Of a stretch of 64,000 nucleotides of DNA, positions 21,790 through 32,738 are shown piece after piece; position 1 is the first letter of the stretch; each line of letters starts with the position of its first letter. The stretch covers positions 20,646,001 through 20,710,000 of the forward strand of contig OZ116712.1 of assembly GCA_964199315.1 (NCBI GenBank), in the 5' to 3' direction. This stretch comes from Orbicella franksi (taxonomy: Eukaryota). The position numbers were made by a program, and so were the translations under genes. The notes beneath the pieces were generated by a model, which worked only from the letters and a program-made list of their open reading frames with translations, searched no databases and had not been told where the DNA came from.

Positions 21790-22500
21790 AAAATACTGAC
21801 TGCATCGGCGGGAAAGTGGAACACTTCGCCATTTATCAACTTGAAGTTGATACAAAATTTTAAATCGTATCGTGTTCACAAATGAAAAATTATATCGTCT
21901 TGGTAGAGTTGATTCATCAAACTTCGCTTTCTGTCATGATGAAGATGAGTCCATCGGGCATTTACTTTTCTTCTGCACGAGATCTGCCGAGGTTTGGAAA
22001 CACGTCTTGTCCTGGGTACGAGACAAGAATATCTATGTTGGAACTTTGACCGAAACAGATCTGATTTTTGGAAAATTTGACGAGAATTATATCTTGATCA
22101 ATCACATCTTGTTTCTAGGCAAATATTATAATTCTTCTAGGAAGTGTATGAGTTGATTGCCTTCTTTTCGTGGTTTTATTGCCACAGCAGGACGCATATA
22201 TATATATATTTAAGCTCCACTGACATCGCTAGGAAAAGAGACAAGATACTTCCCAACTTAAAGCTTATTCATGCTTTTTTAATGGTTTTTTTCTAATTAG
22301 TCATACCGTAACTTTATTATTTTGTCTTCGGTAATCGTAACCCCTTAATATTGTATTATTCTGCTGTAGTCGCGCCTTGAATTGTGTGTGTGTTTGAGAG
22401 TGATAGTGAATTATCATTTGCTCGATTATGTTATGTATTTGCTTTCTTTTGCTTCTTATTAAGAAGTTTGTAAGAATTTTTAATGCTGCTGTTTTTCTTC
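21790..22500 (+). mobile_element. 3' fragment of an L1/Tx1-type LINE (zf-RVT region), intronic
   Basis: Translates to [24 protein letters not shown](F/C)[17 protein letters not shown]...W...[12 protein letters not shown], the zinc-binding region downstream of the RT in non-LTR elements. Paralog at ~52810-53560. Confidence 0.7.
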
Positions 22501-23321
22501 TCTTTTTTCCCTAAAAACTACTAAAAGACAAAACAAAACTTGAAGTTAATAGAAGTAGATTTACCAGCCGCAGTATAACGGGTCTGTGAAGCTGTAAAGC
22601 TAATGAGAGCTCGGCTATAAGATAAAATTTCAGCCCATTTCTGATCTATAATTCCTGTTATTGTCACCAGTAGGCCTGATTGACAAGCGCCTCGCCAACG
22701 TACTGTTGCTGCGATGCAATGTAACTGACGCAGCTGATGTTCTTACCTTATGTGTGAGGTGCGCCAAGTGACGAACAACCTCGTAATCTGTGATCACTCC
22801 TAAATTCTCTGGATCACACGCCACTATTGATATCACTGCGCAAGCGCTGGTCAGGACCTGAAATATTTGTAAACGTGTGTTAGTGAAGAGGGCGTTAGGT
22901 TAGCTTTTTTGTTTGTGTGTGTAAATAATAATAAATAAACAAATAATGAAAGTATTTCATTTTAGGAATAAGGACAGTCAGGATGGTCAATAAAACTCTT
23001 GCCTTAATGTTCCTGGTGTGATTTCATCCTGGAATTAAATATGCGTATTGATGTTTTGATATCAACAATAATGTATAAAATATCAAGCGGCATACAAGTG
23101 TACTTACTTCCAAATCATCAGATTTGAGCAAGCGAACAGTCAGATCCAGGCCCCCTACAAAGGATCGGGCGGTTTCCCAGGCTTCCTACAAGCAAAACCT
23201 CTTGTAAGGTAAATTAATAGCATTGTGTGACAAAAAAGTGTTAATGTATGTTTTTCGAGATCTTGATGATATCATACTGCGCATTCAACTCGAACAGCAA
23301 TCTTTTGTAGTAAAGTAATTG

Positions 23322-23502
23322 TAGGACTACGAGTAGTTCTTTTTTCGCTTGGTCCGTCGAGCGAGACCGTAAATAAACCGCGAGGAAAAAATGGCCTCTC
23401 GCACGCTTCTCGCTCTCAGGATCTCCCGCGGCCATTTTTTTTCTTGCGGGAAGTCGCGTTACGCGCGACGGACTAGGCGAAAGGGGGACTACTCGTAGTC
23501 TA
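23322..23502. mobile_element. MITE with TAG...CTA termini
   Basis: TAGGACTACGAGTAGT ... ACTACTCGTAGTCTA inverted ends. Paralog at ~54312-54492, and a related element at ~31745-31893. Confidence 0.65.
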
Positions 23503-23542
23503 AGTGACTGTAAGCCACGGCCGCTCTTCTACACGTCCTTAA

Positions 23543-23989
23543 GGTCATTCCCCAGTATTGCATTGCGCATCCCTACTGTGCATAATTTCACGCGTGATTA
23601 GCGCGCGCGCATTAAAAAATGGCGCATTTTTCTTTACGGCTGGACCTAGCCATAGAGGTAAATCGTCATTTTCTCCCAAACGAGTATGGTGACCTATAAT
23701 TTTTTTCTGGTTTTTTTTTTTTTTAACTGAGTAATAAATTTCTCTGTGTAAAATAAATGTGGACCAATTCTCAGTGTAGAGCAAAAAACAATCGTCGGAA
23801 ACGTGAATTTAACAAGCAATCGTGCTATTATAAGGATTTATTGGGTATAAAAAAGGTGCTGTTGCTCCTAAACGAACATGGGGACCCCTCATTTTTATCT
23901 CAAAATTTAAGTTCCTACAATATAAACAATCAATAGGCAAAGTTATACAAAAATCTCTGTGCAAGTTCAATAATTTCAGTGGAATGACC
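23543..23989. mobile_element. Non-autonomous TTAA-specific TIR element (Kolobok-like)
   Basis: TTAA|GGTCATTCC ... GGAATGACC|TTAA. Paralog at 54534-55015. GG termini with a TTAA TSD fit Kolobok better than piggyBac (CC termini). Confidence 0.75.
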
Positions 23990-26289
23990 TTAAGTAAAGG
24001 TCATCTACAACAAAGTAGTTAAATTTATGTCCACCTCAGAAATTATAATTAAATTATTCACCTAGAGTACCCAAAGAACACAACAGTTAGGTAACATAGA
24101 AGTTATTTCATACCGGTGTGTCTTGCATTAGTCTGTAAACGGCCCAGGTTGCCCCAGCAACTACCTGTAAATTAGAAAAATACGTCGTGTTATTCACATC
24201 AGTTGTACACTCAGCCTTGACTGTAAATTGCACATTTTGTTTTGACTGACAGGCTGAACTATTAGCAAAACTTCGACTTGCCCTGTTGTTTCTTGACTTC
24301 ATAAGCGACCATAGTAGTCTTAGTCCTTCAAGCCTGTTGAAAACTCTGGAAACCATAAATAAAGCAATAACTGCAATTGTAAGGCGTCAGTCCAGGGCTT
24401 GGATTAAAACAGTGACTTTGCCATGCGCCAGGAGTACCCTAGACAGTTAAAATGCTCCTCACACACGATAACTGTTTGCATAAACCCATTCCTCTCCCCT
24501 ATTTTATTATAAAACGTTCCATCAACTTTCCAACTACTTACAACTTTCCATCAACTTTTCAACTACTTACGCACGACAGTTACTATTCACAGCGCATGCT
24601 GCAATGGCTCTTGCCGCTGTTCCAGTGAGCTCTTCATTTGGAATGTTTAAGATGTCCACAAGTGTCTTACAGCCTTTGCACCGTAATACTTCCAATGGAA
24701 CTTTAGGATCTTTGGCAATTTCTTCAATGGCTCCAACAACATGGAGTTGAACCTTGGTTGAACATCAAAATCAGAGAATTAAAATCAGGGATCGTTTAGT
24801 TTCCTTCCATGGTCACATCCAAGTCTGTTTTTGGGTACCCAACAGTGTTGGCAAAATAAATTAATGCATCAAGGAAAGTTCAACCACGTTTTATAACGGA
24901 TAAAGTTGTGTGAACAACAGCAGCCATTTCCATATACACTGACTGCACGCATCCAATTCAACTGAATACTTCGCGCGAATGAATCCGCGAAACGTTTTAC
25001 ATTTATTTCTTTATGTCACCTTTGCTAATTATTTATTTACTCACATCGTAATTTCTATAAATATGCCTTGAGTTATTTTTGATTTATTCATTTGACAATG
25101 ATGACACGAAGTCGTTGCTTTGCGTTCGCTAATTTTACTTAAATTTTTTTCGAAATCGCTTTTTGTTATAACAAACAAATCAAATATAACGGGTCCAAAT
25201 CGCATTCATCCGGAAGTCCTTTCAATACTAACTTGCTCAGGAAGTTCGTCTCCGCCCTCGTCTCCCTGGAGAAGCCAGATAAGGGTCTCCAAAGCCTTGA
25301 CCTCCATTAGTCTGGCAAAAAAAATCAACAAAAAGCAAATAACAATTAAAAGAAAAATAAACAAATGCTTTACACATAGGTACTGGAGATGGCTGTGAGT
25401 CCGATACAACACGTACGTGCTATCTGGTTTCTGTTTCTTTCATTACTTAAAATATACTTTCTTGACGTGAGCCTTCAATAACTTCCTTCGACCATGTTTA
25501 TCACAGTCTAAACCACTGAAGTGCATGCACACTCGCCTTCTAACATTGTATTCGCTGATTGCACATTTCCACATAGCACCGGTCACAGCCGCCAACAGCT
25601 TCTTGTTATCTTGGCGGGAAAGAAGTGAGACGAGTGTGCCTAGGGCCCCGAAGTCATATACAGCCTTTCTTGTCTGTTCGTTCACGGCACACTGCCAAGT
25701 AATTGGTAAAAAGCACTCAGAGGTCTTTAAGCGACGGTACGGTTCGTATTAAAGTCGTACCTCCGTTAACGGAGATACTATAAACAAGCACTGCACTTGG
25801 TAGCCTCTAATAAGCAGATATTTCTGCTAATTTGCTCTTTTTTCGGGCCCCAATCGTTTCTGACAGCACGCACGACTGTTCGTTTTTTTGTTTCGTGTTG
25901 CGTTTAAATTTTAGTTCCCACTCAACCACATGTTGTAAACAGTTGTATCCATAGACAAGTGACGCTTACTTTTAAATCCAAATGGCATATTCGAGCTTTC
26001 CCCGCTTTTGGCGAATTAAGTGTTTTCCCGCACTTGGCTCGGGATGCGGATTACACGCTTTTTTATGGGACTTTTGATTGGTCCGTTGTCTTAATCCTTG
26101 TGTATGCTAGGAGTGATTTTAATTTAACGAGAGCCAATTAAAAAATAAACTTACCAATTAAACCAATCAACTAGTTTAAAAACGTTATTTTACCTTGAAT
26201 ATCGCATTGGCACAGTAACCCTGAAGCTCCTCATTGTCTGTTACCAAGCGCTGCACTATTGCCGTTATCATACTTTCCTTCAAACCCTC

Positions 26290-26405
26290 GGCGCAAGGAC
26301 GAAACCAATCGCAATCTCAACATACTTGTAATGTTAGGTCCGGGATTCAGCCCAGACCACATTGATGGAAGGCGAGCGCTCTCACCTTCGCACCATCCCT
26401 ACCTT
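26290..26405 (-). mobile_element. tRNA-derived SINE head, truncated by the deletion
   Basis: Minus strand AGGGATGGTGCGAAGGTGAGAGCGCTCGCCTTCCATCAATGTGGTCTGGGCTGAATCCCGG shows degenerate A/B-box-like features. A longer copy lies at ~57400-57630. Confidence 0.55.
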
Positions 26406-26667
26406 CAAAAATACTCTATCATATAAAACCTGCTTCGCTTTACGACTGCTTCTTTCTAAAGAACTGCAGATTCGCAATCCTTAAATAACTTGCGTGGCCA
26501 GGCTCAGACTTATTCTTGGGCAAACAACACAAAGAAGTGGGGTTGAGACTCAAGAAGAGAATTTTGTGTTTAAAAATGGAAAAAGTGTAGTCAGGAGATG
26601 TCATAAGGTCTATGGAAAAAGGTTTGCCACTGACTTATGTTGGTATGAAATAACTTCTACTGCTTAA

Positions 26668-27460
26668 GGTGGCCGAACACAGTTTTCAAGTACCTATGCC
26701 TAATTCACCATTACTTTTAAACTATTTCTGCTTTGGCGCCCGTTTTTGCAAGAGTCAAGATTAACCACAGAAGGGTTTATTCTCGCATTTTGGCTAAGGT
26801 GTGTGCTGTTGCTATGGCAACGGGGCTGGTTAAAAACAAGGCTTAAAAAATGGTTTTTGTTTATTTAAAAAAAATCCAGTCGTTAGATTTTTTTCATCAT
26901 TTGCCCACCACGAATTGACATTAAATCCCTTCTGTCAACACTGTTCTAATAAAATTTTGACATAGACGATTTTCGTAATTCCCCGTAAATCGTTTTCACT
27001 GCCTGTTCTGTATTATTAAAAATTCCCTATGTCAAAATTTAGATTTTTTGTGATACATCATTCACGTAGTTTCTGAACTATTTTTCTGCTAAATTTCTTG
27101 AAATTCTAACCACTGGATCGTTAGAAATCGGCAAGTTTCTGCAAAAGCAATCGGTCTCAATTTTTGGAGCAACTGCGCATGCGCTGCATTCAACTGGGTT
27201 CTTTCGGTAACAAAGAAAAAGTTGAGAATTGCGGAGTTCCGTGCATCGTTACCTTTTTTAATACATCTTTGTAATAAAAGACTAAAGCCATCAATACACT
27301 GCGTTCAAATATAGAGAAAAATAGCACAGATAGTGCGGGTGTTGAGTAAATAAAATGAACGCTGGATCGCTCTATTAACGGCATATTTGTTTTTTCCAAT
27401 CCTTGTGCCCGCGCTGAATTACATCAGCAAAAGAGCGCGCGAAAACTGTGTTTGGCCACC
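26668..27460. mobile_element. Non-autonomous TTAA-specific TIR element (Kolobok-like), 793 bp
   Basis: TTAA|GGTGGCCGAACACAGTTTTC ... GAAAACTGTGTTTGGCCACC|TTAA. Confidence 0.85.
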
Positions 27461-27469
27461 TTAAGCCTT

Positions 27470-27730
27470 CATCAATGATATGAAAACGAAATTCGTTATC
27501 ATGCGCTATTTAAAGTAACGTGACGCGAAGCTTGCGCGCGATACCTTTTAAGCTTCTGGAAGTACGATATGATCGCTTCCAGCGTTCTGGTCCAAAGTAG
27601 AGTACCAGGCTTCGAGGAAAAGTCGCTCGTGGTAATTAGCTTCGGAACCAATTCAACGACCTTGACGTTTTCAAAGTTCATGTTGTGGTTAAAATGGTGG
27701 ACATGGCTTGCAACTTTGGAGTTTGCAATA
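27470..27730 (-). mobile_element. Penelope-like element 3' remnant (GIY-YIG C-terminus), second family
   Basis: Across a frameshift it reads SKVASHVHHFNHNMNFENVKVV / NYHERLFLEAWYSTLDQNAGSDHIVLPEA, the typical C-terminal part of a PLE GIY-YIG domain. Confidence 0.6.
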
Positions 27731-27735
27731 TGGCG

Positions 27736-28023
27736 GACGAAGGAAGGCTTATTATATGGTCTTATATGAAGAGGTAGAACAAAGACCAAAGACCCCAAAC
27801 GCAAATGCTGCATAGGCAGGAACTTTCGATCTCCTACAAGAATACCCGAACAAAGTCCGATGATCACTCATAAAACGTTGTACGAGATTATCTACTTGCT
27901 CATCCGAAATCATCGAGCAGTCTGTTATCTCCTCTAGCCCATGTAACGTTTATGTTCAGTTGTGTATGTTTGGGGTCTTTGTTCTACCCCTTCTCCCCTT
28001 CAAAAAATAGGCCTTCCTTCGTT
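27736..28023. mobile_element. Nested MITE-like inverted repeats
   Basis: Outer ACGAAGGAAGGCTTATT ... AATAGGCCTTCCTTCGT; inner GGTAGAACAAAGACC..CCCCAAAC ... GTTTGGGGTCTTTGTTCTACC. Confidence 0.55.
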
Positions 28024-28379
28024 CAGAAATTATAGAGCAGGAGCTGGGACCTAATGATGCGTGAAGGCGGTGCGCAGAAAATGTTGAATGAATATTGCAC
28101 CGTGTTGAACCAATATTTCGATCGTGAATGTGAATGAATATAAACCGTTGAATGTGAATGAATACATCCCGTAAATGTGAGTAAAGATATTCGTAAATAC
28201 GAAATACGTCGTTAAATGTGAATTAATATATTTCTTGAATATAAATTTAGTTGTTGAATGTGAATAAATATATTCGTGAATAATAATAACAACATTAAAT
28301 GTGAATGAATATAAACTTTGTGAATTTTGCACCATTTCGCCAACCATATCAAAGGCCACGGGATAACATGTATTGCGTG

Positions 28380-28781
28380 ATTACCAGAAGAAAACAGTGT
28401 AAGCATGTCTGTCTGGAAGAGATAGATGTGTTTGTTCCTGCGCCAAGCGGAGCTGGGAAAAAGTTTGACTTTATAGCTCCATATTCGTTTGATTGTTTGA
28501 ATGGAGATCAAGCGAATAGCAACTCCATCGTCCTGGTGGTGGTTCCGCTAATTTCCCTGATGAAAGATCAGGTCTCTAACCTAAATTTCCGTGGAATTCC
28601 AGCTTCCTATGTAGGAGACGATTGTTCTGAACAACAGATACAGGATATTTTAGATCTTAAAGTTAAACTGGTATTTGGAAGTCCGGAGGCGATTCTAAAC
28701 AACTATCGCCACATTTTTCGTCGATTGAAAAGCAATTTAAAATGCGTCTTCGTCGACGAAAGTCATTGTATAGCTAAATAG
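28380..28781 (+). pseudogene. RecQ-like superfamily 2 helicase fragment, probably transposon-borne
   Basis: DVFVPAPSGAGKK (degenerate motif I), IVLVVVPLISLMKDQV (motif Ia), VKLVFGSPE, CVFVDESHCIAK (motif II), followed by a GTGAGT donor. No flanking exons were found, and it is embedded in repeats. Confidence 0.75.
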
Positions 28782-29348
28782 TGAGTGCTGTTTTATTTCA
28801 TTTATCTCTAATTTTAAACTAGGTCGAGTTTATTTAACTTTAACTGCAGTAATGGAATTCAGTAGTGGTTTGCGGCTTCGTTTTTGTCTGCGCAATTTCG
28901 GCACAAAATGTTTGTCAGAAGTGAACCTTCGCCACTCGATATCTCCTGTCCGGCGATCAATTCGAGACTCAAACAAGCTTTGGTCTTTTTTGGTGACCCG
29001 ATATCGTCAATTTTCGTTTAAAATCTTTGTTCGTAATCACTTTAGTACAGAGTAAACAAATTTGCTCTTTCGACGCCTGAGGCACACACGTTCGATTGTT
29101 TTGGTCGGAGTGCAACCGATACTTCCCGCCATTCAATTCAACGATTTCCAAAATAACCCATGTTAGTATATTCTCAGCTCCGACTATTGCATTTCTAGCT
29201 CTCTGATTGGCTCAAAAACTCCGACTATGAGCCATTAGTCGGAGTTTTACCTTATATGGAAAACAGTGCGCCAAGTTTAAAAATTTTCCGCTCTGTAAAA
29301 TTGTTGAAATAAAAATCGGCGGCAAAAACCCGATTAAGAATATACTAA

Positions 29349-29462
29349 AACAATTATTCCATTCGACCTTGTTGGATATGAAGTGATCATAACCAACTCG
29401 CGCTACGCGCTCGTTGGTTATTTATCACTTCATATCCAACGCGGTTTCATGGAATAATTGTT
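29349..29462. repeat. Long hairpin repeat
   Basis: AACAATTATTCCAT..TTGGATATGAAGTGAT.ATAACCAAC ... GTTGGTTAT.TATCACTTCATATCCAA..ATGGAATAATTGTT. Confidence 0.75.
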
Positions 29463-30554
29463 AATTATTCTCGCATTTTGATTAGTTCTCGCCTATGATC
29501 TATTAGAGGACAGACCCACGATTGACGTCATCATTTCAAAGTTTTTCCCTCTGTGTTTAAAATGGCGGAAAGTTTTGAGAATTTAGATAGTATTTTACAT
29601 GACTGGGGAATGATAAGGTACAAAAAGCCTCGTCGATCGCGAGGCATTGAACAGGCATGAGAGTCTGGAAGAAGAAAGAAGCCGTTTCTTTTCTAGAAAA
29701 TGACTCAGAAAAAATACTCGAGCAGTCTCAGTCGGCAGTCGAGCGAGACTGAGCCAAACACAAATTGATCTTGAAATTACTTTAAGGTAAGAAACTATTG
29801 CTTTGTCCCGAATTCAACAAAACCAATGAGCAAAATGTTTATGAGATTAATTTATTTAAAAGTTCAACTTTTCTTAGTCTCAAAATGATTGTTGACACAG
29901 TTGAAATAAACGCCTAAGCTTAAGTTTAACCTTGTTTTCCGACGCGAATGTTCCAGTCCGTTTCAGGGCAGAGTAGCGAGAAAAGCAGAGCTCACTACAG
30001 CTCACGGCCAACTGTATTCCAGCTATAAGGTGTCTCCGACACTATATCAAACTGATTTGAGAATCACCAACCACAGAAGACACAAATTTCCACCGTCACT
30101 AACGCTCCTTTCATCCAAAACTCGAATCGAATGGCCTCCAGTGTTGACCGCAGCTGCAAGTTTTCCTAGCGTATTTTTTCAACTCCTGTAATATTCAAGA
30201 CAACATCCAAGCTTTTCGGCTAACACTGCCCCTCTGATGATAAAAACGAACTTGACTTTACAGCATTTTCTTAACGATTTGTAGATTTCGCAGTTCAATT
30301 CTGCTTGCGCTGTAAGTTTTCAATTCACGAGAAGCGATTTTCGACTAAAGTTTGACAGTGGCGTGATTTTTCTGGACCAATCACAATTCTTTGCTACACA
30401 TAACAATCAATGAGATTACTTCATTTTGTATAGACAATAGATTACGTCATCAAATGCCTTTTTTTCGTTTTCGCCAAAGTGGGTAAAGGCCGGCTTTCGA
30501 GTTATGTAAGATTTTAAAATAAAGAAGTTTTTCTGTTGTTTCTTTATTATATAA

Positions 30555-30742
30555 AACAAATAGATTCCATGTTGCCGTGCGTCTGTTCAGTAATAGATCA
30601 CAGAAGACGTCAAAATGTGGTAAGAACATCAGTGACACACTCGGCTATTGCCTCGTGTGCCACTTTGTTGTTCTTACCACATTTTGACGTCATCTGTGAT
30701 CTATCACAGAACAGACGCACTGCAACATGGAATCTATTTGTT
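30555..30742. repeat. Long hairpin repeat (~190 bp)
   Basis: AACAAATAGATTCCATGTTGC.GTGCGTCTGTTC...AGATCACAGA.GACGTCAAAATGTGGTAAGAAC and its reverse complement, separated by a short GC-rich loop. Confidence 0.8.
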
Positions 30743-31069
30743 AAATGTAATCTGAGGCACCAGTTGCGAGTCACGCCACTCCTGATTTTTGGCGCGAAAC
30801 GCAAATGAAAACCCTTCAAGCGAGATAGGTAGACCTCTCGCGACTTCGCCGCTCGCTCGGCCGCTTTGCGACCTTAAAAACGGCCGCTTCACGGCCTAAC
30901 ATATTCTACCCTGAAATTCACGAGGTCGACTTGTGGTAGGTCTACGTTTTTCCTTTCTTTCCCGTTTCTCTAATAGCGGCCAGTTTCGGATAGTGTGAAA
31001 ACTGAAGCGCTTCAGCTTTGCTGCAGGTGATAGAAACAAGAGATTCACGGTCTAAATGAAGCAACTTAC

Positions 31070-31107
31070 CCTCTTTGGGATAAAACGCCCGGATCAATGA
31101 CTGCCAT
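31070..31107 (-). pseudogene. Orphan duplicate of ZNF exon 1
   Basis: Encodes MAVIDPGVLSQR-G with an intact phase-2 GTAAG donor. Homology with the ZNF intron stops at ~30950, and no exon 2 follows. Confidence 0.8.
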
Positions 31108-31276
31108 TTTCCTTTCAGACAATTCCTGTCCCAGAGTTCTTTTTAGCTTAGTACACGTAAACCGCGCGCGTCGCGTCCAAGCGCACGTTTCGAGGCACGC
31201 ACGTGCCCACGATGAAACTGCGAATTTTTTGTCGGGTAGGAAGGGGAGTTTTAACCATACGAACCCACCATCATAC

Positions 31277-32420
31277 CGGTCACCCCAAAACGTAGACCAT
31301 GCATACTGCAGACTGCAGACCGTGCAGACTGAGTACTCTTTTTCTACCATTTGACTCCCTTTTTTCGCTTCTAGTGACAAAATAGTGTTCAATATGTCGT
31401 AATGTTTGTTATTTATCCACAGGCGGCACAAACTCAACGTCTGACTGTTGATTCACGCGTTTAATAGACTTTCTATGGGAAATTCATTTTACTGGTCCTA
31501 AATATACTAAAATCAAGCATAAAAATAAACTTCCATACATTCTGGGCGCAAATTGCGTCAATTTTCGACGAGTTTGTGGTTTTATTTATTTTGTCCAATT
31601 TGTTGTTGTGTGTGTTTTTTTTTTTTTTGATTTTCTTAGTCTTCGTTCTCCTCTTAACTGGTTCATAAAACAAAGCAAGGACGGTGACTCTAAGCGACCT
31701 CGTCCCACAAATCGCTCTTGCTTCACAAGGCACAGAATCGCCATTAGACTAGGAGTATTTGGTTTCCTCTTTCGCTTAGTTGAACATGACTGTAAGTAAA
31801 CCTCGAGGAAAAAAATGCTCGCATGAAATTTTTTCCTTGAGGTGATGCGTCACGCACGATGGACTAAGCGAAAGAGGGACCACTCATAGTCTAAATCGCC
31901 ATAAAATCAGAACTGCCCTAAGGACAGATAAATTAACCATCGCATCAACTCATCACGGCAACCGTACTGCGCTGAGAATTTCAAATGTTATTCGGTTTTC
32001 TGTGATCGATCTTTCCATGCGCTAGGCTTTTTTGGCGTGATCGCAGTCACACTCCAACAGCCATTTGGAATTACACTTTGTACACCAAGAGTAGAAAATG
32101 CACATGTTACGTGTGACATTACATTACAAGTGAAGTTTATTTCTACATTTTAAAATAGCTTTACTTAAGCATATTTAGGACTAAAGGGAGTTTCCCTTGC
32201 AAAGTCTATAACACATCAACAGACACATACCACCGAGTCTGCACGGCCTGTGGATAACAAACACTCCAACATATGATTGAACAGAACCAAAAAATATTCG
32301 AGTCAAAAGTAAATGCAAAAACAAGAATAAGAAGAACAAAGTACTCAGTCTGCACAATCTGCTTGCACGGTCTGCGGTCTGCAGTCTGCAGTCTGCATAG
32401 TCTGCGTTTTGGGGTGACCG
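31277..32420. mobile_element. 1144-bp non-autonomous TIR element with a 9-bp TSD, inserted in the duplicated bidirectional promoter
   Basis: CGGTCACCCCAAAACG(T)AGAC ... GTCTGCGTTTTGGGGTGACCG with TSD CCATCATAC at 31268-31276 and 32421-32429. The empty paralogous site is at ~1364-1372. Confidence 0.9.
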
Positions 32421-32645
32421 CCATCATACCTACCAGCGGATAAACGAGGACCCTCCATTTTCATTTCCCTTTCAGTTTTATATATTTCCGTGAGAACGAT
32501 CATGAATTTTTACCCTAAAGCTGAGGTTAATATGGAAAAACATTACAAATATTCGTATGGCTCAATCGAAAATTTGATCTCTTTGGCCAAGAATGGCAAT
32601 GTCACTGCCCAAAGCGGCGTCGAGAAAACTTGGATCGGACAGGAC

Positions 32646-32738
32646 CGGATCACGGATCGGATCACGGACCGGATCACGGACCGGATCACGGACGGGATCA
32701 CGGACCGGATCACGGATCGGATCACGGATTGGATCACA
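32646..32738. repeat. 12-bp tandem repeat (CGGATCACGGAY)n at the start of a ~1-kb element replacing the Sel1 exon
   Basis: About 8 units read directly. It produces the spurious low-complexity ORFs (ITDR)n and (PDHG)n. Confidence 0.9.

Larger units (their letters stand above)
21160..26280 (-). pseudogene. 5'-truncated duplicate of the ARMC4/ODAD2-like gene. Exons 26194-26280 (acceptor deleted), 25537-25691, 25233-25311, 24571-24752, 24282-24345, 24114-24164, 23108-23185, 22747-22857, 21532-21753, 21160-21309.
   Basis: Exons match those at 52171-57202. All upstream exons are missing, and a ~325-bp deletion (equivalent to ~57179-57502) removes the acceptor and first 8 codons of the first retained exon. 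The remaining exons keep open frames and splice sites. Confidence 0.8.
1045..26570. repeat. Segmental duplication unit 1 (direct repeat of ~30950-57805)
   Basis: Collinear homology of exons, introns and shared TEs, from CCCGTTTCTCTAATAGCG (ZNF intron 1) to GAAGTGGGGTTGAGACT..AGAATTTTGTGT (ARMC4-like intron). Confidence 0.9.

Noticed and set aside
26290-26405. tRNA gene
   Set aside because: No cloverleaf can be folded, the boxes are degenerate, and it continues into a SINE-type body.
27455-27485. TTGATGAAGGC at the end of the second PLE remnant as a hammerhead core
   Set aside because: The core is mutated (TTGATGA) and interrupted by the Kolobok-like insertion. No GAAAC or stem I partner is recognisable on the other side.
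32646-32738. Short regularly spaced repeats as a possible CRISPR array (also 20638-20701 and 28120-28320)
   Set aside because: There are no unique spacers or cas genes and the context is eukaryotic; these are simple tandem repeats.
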